A stretch of DNA of 63,137 nt, from positions 35,560 through 98,696 of the forward strand of contig MQRK01186684.1 in the NCBI GenBank assembly GCA_001938485.1. Direction: 5' to 3'. The notes beneath the pieces were generated by a model. The model was given only the letters and a program-made list of their open reading frames with translations, ran no database searches and was not told the DNA's origin. Below, piece by piece: positions 36,548 through 50,109 of this stretch (positions within the stretch are counted from its first letter, which is position 1; every line of letters begins with the position of its first letter). Both the position numbers and the translations under genes were made by a program. Origin of the DNA: Girardia tigrina. Taxonomy: Eukaryota.

Positions 36548-37700
36548 TTGTTGAACATCAAACAATATTTCGATTTCCAACCGATTTTCATGCTACAAAA
36601 ACTCCGAGAAAACCCACCATCCGCCAACGATTTATCGAAATTCATACAAATATCCACAATCGAGGGAATAAATTTCGATCTTTCACTTTCAGGCACCCTA
36701 AGACCAATAATTAACGAGACCTTGCGAAAAACAGCCTTCGACCATATCCACAACCTCATCATCCCGGGAATACCAACACATACAAACTGTTACACACACG
36801 CGTGATTTGGCCAGTGATGCGGACTGATGTCCATAATTGGGTCGAAAAATGTCTACCGTGCCAAAAATACAAGATAAACCGGAAGTTAAAACCACCACTT
36901 TACCACTATCCCTCATCAACCCGATTCGACACAGTCCACATCGACATCATCGGACCTCTACCATCAAATCACGGTTACCAATACCTTTTAACGATGATCG
37001 ATAGAGCCACCAAATGGTCCGAAGCCGTGCCACTCCGCAATATCGACGCTGATATGATCAGCAAAAAGTACATATCCACGTGGGTCTGTCCTTTTGGCTC
37101 CCCAAAACATCTAATCTCCGACCAAGGGAGACAATTTGAGGTAGGTTTATTCAAAGACATAATCAAACGTTTTGGCACCACTCATATCCAAAGCTCAGCA
37201 TACCATCCCCAAGCCAACGGTGCAATCGAAAGTTTCCATCGCACTCTCAAAACATCAATGCGAATCCTCGCCGAAAAGACCAACAGTTGGATCGATGTGT
37301 TACCATTTGTACTTTTAGCTTGGTGCAACACACCTTGTTCTTACACCAACACTTCACCCACCCAGGCTGTATTTGGTCATTCCACACGTTTCATCACCGA
37401 ACTCATCGATCAAAACGCCCCACCGTCAGAGTCAGACATTCAAAAGCAAGACTCTATTTCGAATCCATAGACGACGATTATTATTGCAAGGCGCATAAAA
37501 ATTTCAAGCCGCACCAGCGAAATCACTATACATCGCAAATATCTTTGGTTAAATAACCAAAACACTTCCGGTCTAGCTCCATCATTTACAGGCCCTTTCA
37601 AAATCGTCCAACTTTTTTCCCATAACACCAAAATTCTAAAAGACAAATAGCTTTTCACCTGTCCAACACCAAACCAGCATTTTTCATAGATGATAACGGA
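36548..37700 (+). mobile_element. Gypsy integrase pseudogene
   Basis: CLPCQKYK, HIDIIGPLP, LISDQGRQF, AYHPQANGAIESFHRTLK and GPF motifs with frameshifts. A possible LTR starts at TG 37959. Confidence 0.9.
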
Positions 37701-38011
37701 TCCATCGAAAAATCAAGCACAAACACTCCATCATCACAAAACGACAACTTGAGCATTCTAACAGACATTCTGGCCACACCGATAAAAACACCTGCCAAAA
37801 TAACCTACACTTTCCCAACACAACCAAACAACACCGACACACACCACACAACAATCAAACAACGAAAACACAGAACACATAAACCCCACAATCAACGATA
37901 CCACAACATTTGAACAAACACAACACAGTAAATACACCAGGATACACTACCCAAAAGGTGTAACGCGTTTGTCTTCTCGATAACCCACCTTTACCGCTTT
38001 TCTTTACAGTA

Positions 38012-38063
<52 letters not shown>

Positions 38064-38113
38064 NNNNNNNNNNNNNNNNNNNNNNNNNNNNNNNNNNNNN
38101 NNNNNNNNNNNNN

Positions 38114-38145
<32 letters not shown>

Positions 38146-38149
<4 letters not shown>

Positions 38150-38413
38150 GAATTTACTGTTTTGAAGAAAAATTTTGACACATATCATGAGAGGATAGTC
38201 ACTGAGGCATTATTAATAAAGCATTTAAAACAATGCTTAAATGTTCAAATTGAATTATCCAATCATATTAAAATCTTTTAATATTAAAAAGAAAATTGCG
38301 TAATAGTCAATGTGCCATATAAATGACTTGTAATTTGAAATTTACTTCACAACTGATGATGGCGAAACATGTTTTGGGAAATAAAAAACTTTTAAAATGG
38401 CGTTTGTTATTTT
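38146..38413 (+). mobile_element. Penelope-like element 3' remnant inserted in (TA)n
   Basis: GIY-YIG C-terminus ERIVTEALLIKHLKQCLNVQ, then a hammerhead core and AATAAA. (TA)n on both sides, with gaps. Confidence 0.8.
38348..38378 (+). ncRNA. Minimal type I hammerhead ribozyme core (Penelope-type), stem II collapsed
   Basis: caa-CTGATGA-tggc-GAAA-CATG-T-T-ttg: conserved boxes, palindromic stem III (ACATGT), GUU triplet and short stem I. Confidence 0.72.
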
Positions 38414-40029
38414 NNNNNNNNNNNNNNNNNNNNNNNNNNNNNNNNNNNNNNNNNNNNNNNNNNATATATATATATATATATATATTTGCACCACCATCAA
38501 ACAACCGGTACAATCTTCAACACGAAACACTAAACAAGTTTAACGAACATCACTCAATCACACACATATGTAACTATTGTCTTCGAGAGCGGTGGGTTAT
38601 GTTCTGTATCACAACATTTTACTACAAAACTACAAACATTAAAAAATACGGATATCTTTTGTGGTGACAGTTAGATCGAAGAAGTAAGAATTGAAAGAGT
38701 AAAAAAAGAAACACAGTCTGTCAATAATCAAATTATTTATGTTGATAAAAACGATAATTATTAATTGAGTAGGCGCAGAGATTAAAAAATTTAATTTAAC
38801 TTGTTAACAATCATATTGTGTCAAACCTCAGCAGCATGGAAAAAATCAGATGAACTCCCAAAAGAATCAAATCAGACGGAAGTACCTCTGACAAATTCAA
38901 TTAACACCACAATCCAGTGACACTATTCAAAGCAAAGTGGGATACTTATGTGTTCTTTGTTTGCAATGCTGGTGTTGGTAAAATTGATTTCAGGGGGATA
39001 AGTTCTATATATAGGTTTTCTGGACCAATGTTTGCTGCAATATAAGAGTTTTTCTTCGCATTGCAAAGATTTGCGGGGAGCGTTTGGAGAGCAGAAATAT
39101 TGCAAGATAGACACTCTGGAAGGAATCAGAGACAGGGAGTTTTTAGGTATTTTAAGGTTTAAGAGATTTTAAGAACAACTTGCGCACATCACAGATTTAT
39201 GAATTTGCTATTCTTTCGGATGGCATTTTTCCTGATTTTAGTTTCTTGGACAGGTAAGAGACAGTAATATTGAAGATTTGATCATTAGTGGTTGCTCAAT
39301 CCTTTCAGGATTTTTTCAGCTTCTTTAGAATAAAGGAGGAGAGGAAGTCCTTATCTAAAAGTTAATGGGTGATATTTTTTAGACTTGGTAGAAGTATACG
39401 ATTAGTTTGACTGAGCGATATATAATCATCATCAGTACCGGACACAAGAGAGTCATCAATTTGTGATTGAGAGAAGGAGCCACATAATTCGAGGGAGACT
39501 TGAGACAGTTGAGATCTAATCACTATTAATTCACTGTTGTCAATCACATTTTCGACCGTGGCGACAGGGAGGGATTTATTCCAACGATATATAGCAGACT
39601 TGAATTGTGATTTTCACGAATAAAGTCATCCAAAAAAACTCTTCGATTATAAATATAACATGATGTTCGTTTGTCATGATGAGCAACAAACAGTATGCAT
39701 GCTTTTTTTATTTGATTAATTATGTTTAAGCAAGAATTGCATTTCTTGAAACAGTTCATTCCAACAGAGTCGATAACAACTGAGCAAGAAGGACAAGTTG
39801 CTTGTGAGGTATTAATGTAGTATTAATTAAAAGTTTAAATGAACGACACATCGATTTCTTAGGAATCTTTTTAAGTGAATTTAAAAGAAACCATAAGGTT
39901 GATATTATCATGGTTTTTATCCCTACTAGTCCGGATTTTTCGGTCAATCACTAATTTCGGCTCTAACGGTGGGCGGCTTTCTGATAATCGCAATGATGAA
40001 TGAGCGTTAAGTCGTCCTGTATCCGTAAA

Positions 40030-40583
40030 GGATACTGTAAAGGCAGTTGAAGCCGATTTATCGGCCCTGCGGTAGCCGCCGTTTCTTTCAAGGGTTCACA
40101 TCCTGCCTTAACGTGAACTCTAGCCAGCCGGACCAGTGTGTCGAGGTCTATTGCTTTCCAAAGTGTTTCGGCCTCCACGTTCCTCATTGCAGTTTCGGGT
40201 AGCCCATTTACGAATGCTTGGGCTATGAAGGCCTTTCGGTCTTGCCAATTGCTGCAGATCACGGCTGCCGATCGCTTCAATTCGGCCATAAAAACGTCGA
40301 CGCTTTCACCGGGAACCAACCGCCGGGATGCAAACGTCACCCATGACATTCTCGAGCTCGGGACAAAGGCTTCTGTGAGTGCGGCTGCGCTTTTTTCGAA
40401 GTCCCTCCGCGTCTCCTCGTTGAAACCTCGGAACACCACTGAGGCCTCGCCAGTCAGTGCCAGCGTTAGCATCACTGACTCATTTTCATTGAGCGTATCA
40501 GCGCACTCACGGAATCGCTCGATCCAGATTGCGGCGTCTTCACGGCCATCGTACGCGGGAACGATCTTCAGTGTTTTCATCAA
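40030..40583 (-). mobile_element. Gypsy gag fragment
   Basis: IVPAYDG...WIERF...LALTGEA...RRLVPGESVDVFMAELKR...AFVNGLP retrotransposon gag pattern. Confidence 0.8.
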
Positions 40584-41644
40584 GGCCGCGATAGCTTGTA
40601 AAAACTGGAATTAAATAAAACAATTAACAGATAGACAAACTGTATTTTGAATTAATCACAAAACTGGCGAATTACCAATTTAAACAAAAATAATTAAATC
40701 ACACACATATTCAAAAATCAGACAATCGTAATTAATTGTTCACTTCTATTTTTTTGAGTCTTTATCAATTATGTCTGAGTTTATTTAAAAAAAAATTTCT
40801 TATTTCCATTTACATGCTTTTTTTATTATTTTTTTTATTATTAAATTCAGCATCCACAATAACGATCAAAATTTCACTATTCGTTTTCAAACGTAATTTT
40901 CTTTTAAAATTGAGGGGGAAATTATTATTTTTTTAAATAAAAAATCTTAAATATTTGTCGATAAAATTGTAATTTTGAGATATTTATAATTAATTAAAAA
41001 TTTTCATTTATCGATTTTTTTAAAGAAACACTACAACGTATTAGCCCTAATTATTCCATAATGATCCAAGAAAACATTCATGACTTTCAATTTTTATTCT
41101 TGATTTCTATTCCTCCTGATAAACTCTTTATTTCGTAATTTCAATTTTTAAAGATTATCCATGATAATCAATTTTCTTTCAGCTATCTGTAACTCTGCCG
41201 CTGAAAGTTCAGTTGTCTCATATTGATTTTCGTTTCTTGTTTTGCAATTTTCAGACCATTGCATTATCCAAGCCATTACTCTCATCAACTTTCACCAGCT
41301 TCTAAAGGTTCCTGGCTTGAACAGACTTCTACTTCTCTTACAATTACAGTTGTAGTTATCTTTTTCTTTTCTATTTCATCGTTTTCGATGTTATATACCT
41401 TTGGTGTTTTTTTCCATTTTTAATCTCCTGTCTATAAGAATTCTGGTTCTCTCCACTATAGTTCGCAATTTACATAATCTTAACTGGACATCAATCCAGA
41501 TTGCAAATCTGGAAGTGAGCCTACGTAAGGCCAATTCTCAATCATCATTTGCAATTGAATTTCTCCAATGTGATTTGGTTGTAAAATTTGCCCGGCTGTT
41601 TTATCCAGTGAAAGACTATCATACTGTCTGATCTTAGCTAAATA

Positions 41645-44049
41645 TAGGGTGACCATCTGCGAGTATTTATACGGGACAGTCCCGTATTTTCACTAAATGT
41701 CCCGTGTCCCGTATTTGCTCAAGTTTGTCCCGTGTTTCAGTAAAAATATTTATTTTCTCGAAACTAAAAATTTGGGCAAAATAGTAAATATAATGATAGT
41801 AATAGTAACTATACTGTATGATATAAAAATATAACTGCTATTTTTTTTAAAAAAAAATTTCCTATAAAATTCTTTTAATTTGGTTATTCCCGTTCAACAT
41901 AACCTTATTTGAAATCGCTAAATTTTTGCAGGTGCAGCAAAATTTTTATAATATCAGTAATTATAATAACTATACTGTAAGTACTTTTAGGATGATAACT
42001 AATCAATCAATTTTAATTTTAACGATGATATAATCTATATATTTTAGCAAACCACGTCTAAAAAGAAGAGAAAAACTAATTGGAGTGACAAATATTCAAC
42101 AGAATTCACGTTCTTAAAAAAAACCATTCAAGATGACAGTAAATCGTTCTGTAATATATGTTCCTCGGAATTTTCAATTGCTTTTGGAGGTCGCAGCGAC
42201 ATATTGCAACATCTGGAAACAAAAAGACACAAATTATCTATTCAAGCAGGTTCATCATCAAAAAAGTGAGTGATTTTTTCAAAAGTATCTCGAACAATCA
42301 GGACTTCTCTGTCACAGCAAAGGAATCAACCATGGCGTTTCATACAGCAAAATACAATTTATCCTTCCGCTCAAACGATTGCTCGGTAAATCTGATCAAA
42401 AATTTCTTCGATATTAAATTCAGCCTTGGACGTACTAAAACAGGAGCACTTATTACCAACGTAATAGCTCCATTTATTGACAATTGCATGCTAGATGCCA
42501 TCAGCAAGACAAATTTTGTTTCCATAATAACGGATACATCTAATCACAAAATTACAAAAATTCTACCCGTTGTAATCCGTTACTTCGATACATTAAAAGG
42601 CATTTTAAATTGGAAAGTTAATATTTCATCAATATCTAATGATCAGTCTTCTACAATCTACAGTTTAATTATGGATGTCGTTCAGAAAAATAATTTATCG
42701 CAAAAAGTTGTTGGATTCAGTGCTGATAATGCAAGTATAAATTTTGGAGGAGTTAAAAGAAATGGACAAAATAATTTGTGGAGAAAATTACAAAATGGAT
42801 TGGAACGTCACATCATAGGAAATGGCTGCTTTGCACACATTACACACAATGCCTTAAATGCTGGTTGCGAGATTTTAGAGGTTGATTTGGAAGCAGTAAT
42901 AGTTAAATTATACAAACATTTTTCCATCTACACTGTACGCACAGAAGATTTTAAGAGTCTTTGTTATAAAATGAACTTTTTATACAAACATCTATTAAAT
43001 CACTCGAGCACTCGCTTCCTTTCACTTGATCCTGCAGTTCGAAGACTCATCGAACTATTTGATGTTTTAAAAGAATATTTCAACACTTTAGCCAGCTGTC
43101 CGCCATCAATTCGTCAATTTTTCAATAACTCGGCAAGCAAATTTTGGATATTATTCATTTCAAACCAACTTAAGAATTACAATGAAACTATTAAGTCATT
43201 GGAAAAATCAAACATGACCACCTTTGAGATCGCTGATCATTTAAGAATTTTGAAAGAAAAATTAATTAATCGACAAAGGTTCGGATTTTTGCCCCGTGAG
43301 TCACAAGCTGAATTTCAAAATTTGGATACCCAAAGTCAAATAGAAGTGAAGGAAAAAGTTGTTGAATTCTATTCAGTTATGATTGAATATTTGAAGATCT
43401 GGGAAAATTCATTGGATGGAACAGAAGTTTTTATGTGGATGCTAATGCATCCATCATTGGATGAAGTAGACCTGTCAATCGCTTATGCATGTGAAAAATT
43501 TGGACACACTTTTCATGAAAAAATTGATCGTGATTTGCTTTTTGATGAGTACGGCCTATTAAAATCCTATGTTGAAGAAAATGTTGCTACCTGGTTTGAT
43601 ACAAAGATTCGTCCACAAGATATTTGGATAAAAATTTTCAGCAATTTTCGTGAAAACTACGCGTCTTACTAATATGGAAAAACTGGTAGAATTTGCTTTC
43701 TGTCTTGCTGGTACATCCCCTGAAGTGGAAAGAATTTTTTCACTTTTGATAATATATGGGACAATAACAAAAGCCGTTTGCATATAGACACACTCAATGC
43801 AATTCTTACAATACAATATAATTCAAATGAGTTGTCTTGAATTTTTTGAGTGTATTAAAGGAAATACAAAATTTTTATTTTCGGCTTTGTCAGAAGAAAA
43901 ATATAACAAATAAAAAGAAGTTATATTGTTAATAGACTTTACTTTTATTATATTTTATATAGGATTTTCCAGTTTCTTCGGTCTATTTTTTAAAGAATAA
44001 CTGAAATTTTGATGTCCCGTATTTTTGCGAAATTTACCTGGTCACCCTA
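41645..44049 (+). mobile_element. hAT (Blackjack-type) transposon, near full length, frameshifted transposase
   Basis: TIRs TAGGGTGACCA/TGGTCACCCTA and 8-bp TSD (g/a)CTAAATA. BED-like finger (FCNIC...QHLETKRH), DNA..NFGG, C..H, TRFLSL and dimerisation motif GTSPEVERIFS, split over three frames. Confidence 0.93.
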
Positions 44050-44674
44050 ACTAAATACTTATCTTTTGAATCCGCAAAGCATCCTCCCCCTTTCCGCCAG
44101 TTTAGCTCCTTCTATTGCGTCATTAACACAAGTCGAGTAATGAATATCACCTTTGTAGGTAAGACATTTCCTTTCACCATTATATATTTAATATGATATT
44201 CGTTTTCAAATTTTATATCCATACAACTACTATATATCCATCGATTGATGCATCTACGAGTATATGCACTTCTACAGTAGCATTATCTTTACTCAAAAGA
44301 TTTCGTTGTATTTTAAATTCAATTAACTTGAGCAAAAACCATATTTAAGCGTTATTTTGATATGATAAATCAAAAACTTATTCTCAAAAAAATAGAAAAT
44401 TTCTTGTAATCCTTGATAATTGCAAATCTCATATGATTGAAAAATATTAAATTAAAAAAGAAACAACTTCAATTTTGGTTAAAAAGTCCAAAAATATCAA
44501 CATGATTTATATGAATTTTTATGTTCTTCGAATCGTAAATCATTTAATTAATAATCAAAACTGAAAAGAATTTTTCTATAATCACGAAAGATAGAAACAC
44601 AAAGCAATAAATGGTAAAAGCAAATAATAAAAAACATGAATTTAATTTCAAAAGTAAAACAAATAGTTGAATTA

Positions 44675-44682
44675 TGACGTCA
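44675..44682. promoter_or_regulatory. Perfect CRE palindrome TGACGTCA
   Basis: Exact CREB/ATF consensus about 270 nt upstream of the orphan ORF at 44948. Function is untested. Confidence 0.35.
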
Positions 44683-44947
44683 CATTAGAAAAAAACAGAC
44701 ATACAAACACTCATTACGAGGAATCGTTGCTATTGTTTTCAAAGTTACTTGGTGATATGTCATTAGTATATGCATATACAGATATACGTGTGTGTGTCTG
44801 GTCTTAAAGCACAGTTTCAAGAAGTGTGTTTCCGCGATACACAATGAAATATCTCGTTAATTGACAGACAAATAATGTACTAAACTTTTACTCGTTTATT
44901 ATTTTATTACTATTTCAAGAATTCTTTTAAGTTGCATTGGCAAGCAA

Positions 44948-45399
44948 TGCTCACTTCGAGATACTTTGGCGACCAGTCGAGAAAGAATTGTCAGACATTT
45001 CGAATTTCTAAATTTGAAAATTCAAAATTGTTTCTTTGTCACGCTGATAGCGACAACGACAGTTTTCCATCAATTAAACAACGAAACGTTTTTGAAAGAT
45101 TATACGATCAGAAAACAAAAGCTGTTCTTTCAAAGGAACGAAAAACGTTCAATTCTTTCAGCCAAGACGATCGGTTACCGAAATTAAATCAAAATCACCG
45201 AGAAATAACCGATCGGACATTAAATATCGAGAAATTAACACAACTCAAGCGATATTTCAATCCGGGATTAATATTACAGCAGCAATTGATGAGAGAGCAA
45301 ATGCCGATTAAAACAAACGAAGATGATCCCTTCAATACGCACGATCGGATCGTCAACTGGTTGAACACATCCTATCAGTACGGGATTGAGAATAAATGA
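44948..45399 (+). CDS. Hypothetical protein (about 150 aa), possibly the last exon of a longer gene
   Basis: Open frame 44932-45399 directly after an acceptor-like ttttaag. Contains an NVFERLY motif. No TE signature recognised. Confidence 0.45.
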
Positions 45400-45945
45400 T
45401 CCAGTTTCATTCGAATATTCAAGCAAAATAACACGATCATGACTTGTCGAATTGTACAATCAAAATCAGGTGTTCATTTCGCTATTTTGTTTTTTACCAT
45501 GTATAAATGTCTTTTAGAATTGGTTTGGAATTATTTAATTTATCGTTGAAAAAATTGTGATGGATAAATTTAAGTACCGTCTGAATTATGAATTTAGGAA
45601 CACATATTTTTCTAAGATGAAGTGAAATTCGAAGTGTAAAGAACCGGCCATTCTTGTTTCTACGGGGCAAGGATAACTGACATTCATACACGAGTTCGGA
45701 CATTGATAGATGAATCGCTAAGTACCAGTTACACTCGTACAATTTTGTAGTACTTAATCAAGGAGGCCCGCATTTCTCGACCGCTGATCCGTGAAAAAAT
45801 TTTGTGGTCCATGGAAAGCTATAAATTTGCCAAAGTTTTCACATTTAAAAATTCTTGTAAATTAATAACAATTAATGGATTACAAAACTAGCTTATTTAT
45901 CAGACATATGAACAAAATTCATGATTGATCTAATAAAATCTAGAG

Positions 45946-46110
45946 CAGGGGTAGTCAACCTTTTTATACCCACCGCCCATTTTTTCACCTCGATTGGTAG
46001 TAAAATATTCCTAACTCCCACATGTTCTAAAGTATTGATAATTGACAAAGTAGGAAAGTTTAAATTTTTAGGAATTTATAAAGTAGAGTTACAGACAATT
46101 TAAGCATACA
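45946..46110. mobile_element. hAT-Charlie left-end fragment
   Basis: CAGGGGTAGTCAACCTTTTT preceded by the ATCTAGAG target consensus. Partner end not found. Confidence 0.55.
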
Positions 46111-46836
46111 AATACAATATTTTAGTTCACTAGAAAAATATGTATAACATCTTACTACATCATAACAAAGTACTGGGCCGGCTAAATTAGTGATTCCACA
46201 TATAATATGATGGAGTACAAGTGTTTAAATGTATTATAATTCATGAGAAACAGAAAGGAGTAACATGAGTCATATATTGTATCTCATTACCGTGTGTTGT
46301 ACTTTGTGTACAGTAGAAAAGATTTTGTCACTTGGCATATGGATGAGTTAGTGCGTGTTTTATAGAGCGTGAATGGTTGTAATAATCACATTTGTTGACA
46401 GATGGTCAGCCAAAAATAACTCGCAACTTCCTGGTTCGTGAAGAATCCTGATTCTTAGCATCAAGAAAGACAAGAAAAAATTATATATCGAAATTAATTA
46501 AAACGTATTGCATTAAATTAAAAATTGATGACAGAATTTTAAAAAATGTAAATTGAGCTATGACATCAGCAATCCAACTCAGTAAAGCCTGCGAAGTAGC
46601 TGTCCTATACAACTTGCAGTGATCACCAAAGTGGTGACCGATGATCCTGAAGTCAACATCAGCCAATCCAACACATCAGAAAAAGTCCCGTCTGGGCAAT
46701 CAAAAACTTTTTTTATAATATATTTTATGTACGTTTAAATGTATGATATGTAACACTAGAAATAAATGTACAAACGTTCAAATCTTACTAAGATTTTTGC
46801 AGAGCACGAAAAAATATAGGTATAAAAAAATACAAA

Positions 46837-47394
46837 TATGAGGAATATTTTAAATTGTTTGAATGTGTGAATGTATTGATGATGTATGTTGAACTTAGAA
46901 TGGTGATTCTCCACCCAAATGAAAATTTGTATTTTTTAAATTTACAGTGATTGACTATTCGAACATAATTACAATAATAATTTGATAAGTTTATATTTTT
47001 AAAATTAACAATTAAAATTAAGTTTAATATTTTTTAAAGAAAAGAAAAGCATTTAATTATATATATATATATTAAATATATATATATATATATNNNNNNN
47101 NNNNNNNNNNNNNNNNNNNNNNNNNNNNNNNNNNNNNNNNNNNNNNNNNNNNNNNNNNNNNNNNATATATATATAATTAATAAAATTTAAATTAAATTAT
47201 TATTTTTAATTAATATATTAAGAAATTAAATATTTTAAAAAGATTTAGAAAAATTGTTTGAATAATCACGATTAAAAAGAGCAAAAAACCAATTAGAACG
47301 ATGTCGAACGGTGAACGATCCTCCGAGAGTTATAATGACTCTAAATGTGATAATAATAAAAATTCAAATGAAAATTGTCTCAATGTTCTTAACA
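46837..47394 (+). mobile_element. Solo LTR (TGTGAGGAA family), TSD ACAAA
   Basis: Aligns to the 34058 LTR. Flanked by ACAAA. An empty-site paralogue is visible near 48597. Confidence 0.9.
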
Positions 47395-50109
47395 ACAAAT
47401 ATTTGTATTTTTAATGTTAAATAATTATTTTTTAGTTGTTTTGAACAAAATCGATGTGAATAGTAGAAGAAACTTCTTCTATGTACATATTTTTGAAATG
47501 TGTTGATGTATTCAAAACTCCAATTTTCTTTAGATCAGAATTAAAAAATTGTTATTTGTGTGTGACGAAATAAGTAATATAATACGGCATTCTCATTCCG
47601 TTTTCCTCTCATTTGTTATAATGAAAAGAATATTTTCATGGTAAAATCAATGATAGTTGGAACACACGGCTGTTTAGGTCATATCCATGATACTTTGTGG
47701 TAGACGCTTCGAGTTGCAAAAGGCGCAATTGACCCGGACATGGCTGTCAGTTGATCCTTGCGATATTCCTGCAAACTGCGTTCTATGACCACCGACGACA
47801 CGACTGAGTCCTGAGACTGTTTGATCATCATCAGGCGTATGGGCACAGTGAGGCCACGTGGCAGAGAAAACTGTGAACGAAAGTACCGAGTGGTGTCGAG
47901 CCGTTATACGATCATGTAGTCCGGTGTGTGGATGACGAGCACCGAAGGCCGGAATTCAGGGCTTAATTTAGTTTCTATGTTAATTCGTGCTTCTCTTCTT
48001 TCTCATAAAAAATAACTATCTTTCTTTTTCTTTCTGAAAAAAAATTTAGCTATCTTTATAAATATACCAATATGTAATTTTAGTGGATGTTAATGTATTC
48101 ATTGTTTGCAATACGCCTGTTTTACATTTTTTCAATAGATGTAAAAATTCTATTCTAAAGAAATTATCAAATATTTTACTGACATATTGAAAAGAATACT
48201 TTTTAGTTTTAATTTATGAAGACTTATATAAAAACAACAGTGTTAAAAAATAATATTAAATTTTATAAATATAAATAAGAATTCATTTGTTGGTTGCATA
48301 TATTGTTGTCATAGTGAGGTGTCTTGTTTTGGTAGTTGTAGGAATCTCATTTATTTTAGAAGTAAAGTTAATGGAAATGACTGCTGCATTAAAAAGGATC
48401 TTTACAATTCATCTGCAAAATGCATTTATTTTCTCTGACTTTCCATTCTTTTCAAATAACAGATACATTTATTCTTTTTATTGTCATTAATTGTCCTAAA
48501 TTTAAATGTATGGTATATAATATATTAAATAAATGTTCATTAGTTCTAATCCTAATAAGATTTTTGCAAAACACGAAAAGTATAGATGTAAAAAATACAA
48601 ATATTTGTATTTTTAATGTATAATAATTATTTTTAGTTGTTTTAAACAAAATCGATTTGAATTGTCGGAACACCTTCATTTATGCACATATTTGTGAAAA
48701 TGTGTTGATTTATTCCAAACTCAAATTTTCTTTAGATCAGATTTTATGGGTTTTACCGATGAACCCTTTCTCCATGCTTGTGCATTTATTTTATCTTCTG
48801 TTTACACTATCTGTAAGATGTATCCTACGAGAACCAAAGATAATACAATTTCTTTATTAAATCTGATATAGAAAACATTTCGGTACTGTAATTGACTCCC
48901 CTTTCATGGACTAAATGTGCAGCAATCATTCAACGATAATTTAAAAATTTATTAAAAGAAAAAATAATATCTAACAAATAAATATTCTTTATAAAGAAAA
49001 TAGTAAATCAAAAAAAAATTTATATCCATTCTTTATCCAGACAGAACTCTACTTTATTCTATTCCATAAACATCTACTTCCGATAATAGTCTTTAAGGAC
49101 CGTTACCTTTTGGGGTTTATTTGATATTTCATCTGATCCGAAAGTCATGAAGTCATTATGTCGAATTAAAAATGCACTATGCACAAATTAAAAGATGTAT
49201 AATCCATATTTTAGTGCTTGATCATAAAATCTTTATTTTAATGATCTTATATTTTTAACCAATACAATTTTAATTAATGACTTATTTTTAATTTATAGCT
49301 ATTTTGTGACTGTATAAGAAGCATACGCTTTATATGCACATGGAGCTGGTGATAAAGTAGAATTTTAAAATGCGCCACAAAACATCGGTGTATTTGTAAT
49401 TTGAATTTAATTTTTATGTTAATGCAATTATTTAACTTGATTTAGAAAAAATGATCTAATGTTTACAACTTCATTTATTTTTTAAAATTTGATTTCATTG
49501 ACAAATGTTCAAATCTTTTGGCATCACTAAATAATCAAAATTTCACTTTTTTATTAATTATGTACACATTTTTTAAGATTATTTTGGTTTACAAATATTA
49601 TGAAATACTATTAAATGTAATTAATATAATAAATTAATTAATATAATTAATATAATAATAATATATATAAATTAATATAATATAATTAATATCAAATAAT
49701 TGCAGTTCTCTCGCGCGGTTATGATTGTAGTGACACAAATTTTAATCAGTATTTATAAATATTAAATATATATACATAAAATCCTATATTTCTTATTTAT
49801 AATTACAAATTTTCTCAGGCAAATTCTCAACCAAAATCAAATGATTTTTTTATATATTGGTCTGCGAAAATAAATTCTCAAAAACTTGAAAATAGACTTT
49901 CTTTCAAATTGACAATAACAATATCCATAATTATTCGTTTTGTTAATCCAAACTTGTTTAAATAATATGCATGTACATCACACTTTTAAATTTGTAAATA
50001 AAGATTTTCTTTTGAATTTGTGAATCTAATTTCGTTATATGGTTTCGGCAAATCGATAATCGATTTTCATCGATTAAATTAATACATTAATAATAAACTG
50101 TCGACAATC

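Noticed and set aside
38750-39950. Broken minus-strand ORFs, possibly a Penelope or DIRS remnant
   Set aside because: No diagnostic RT or recombinase motif could be read with confidence, so it is left unassigned.
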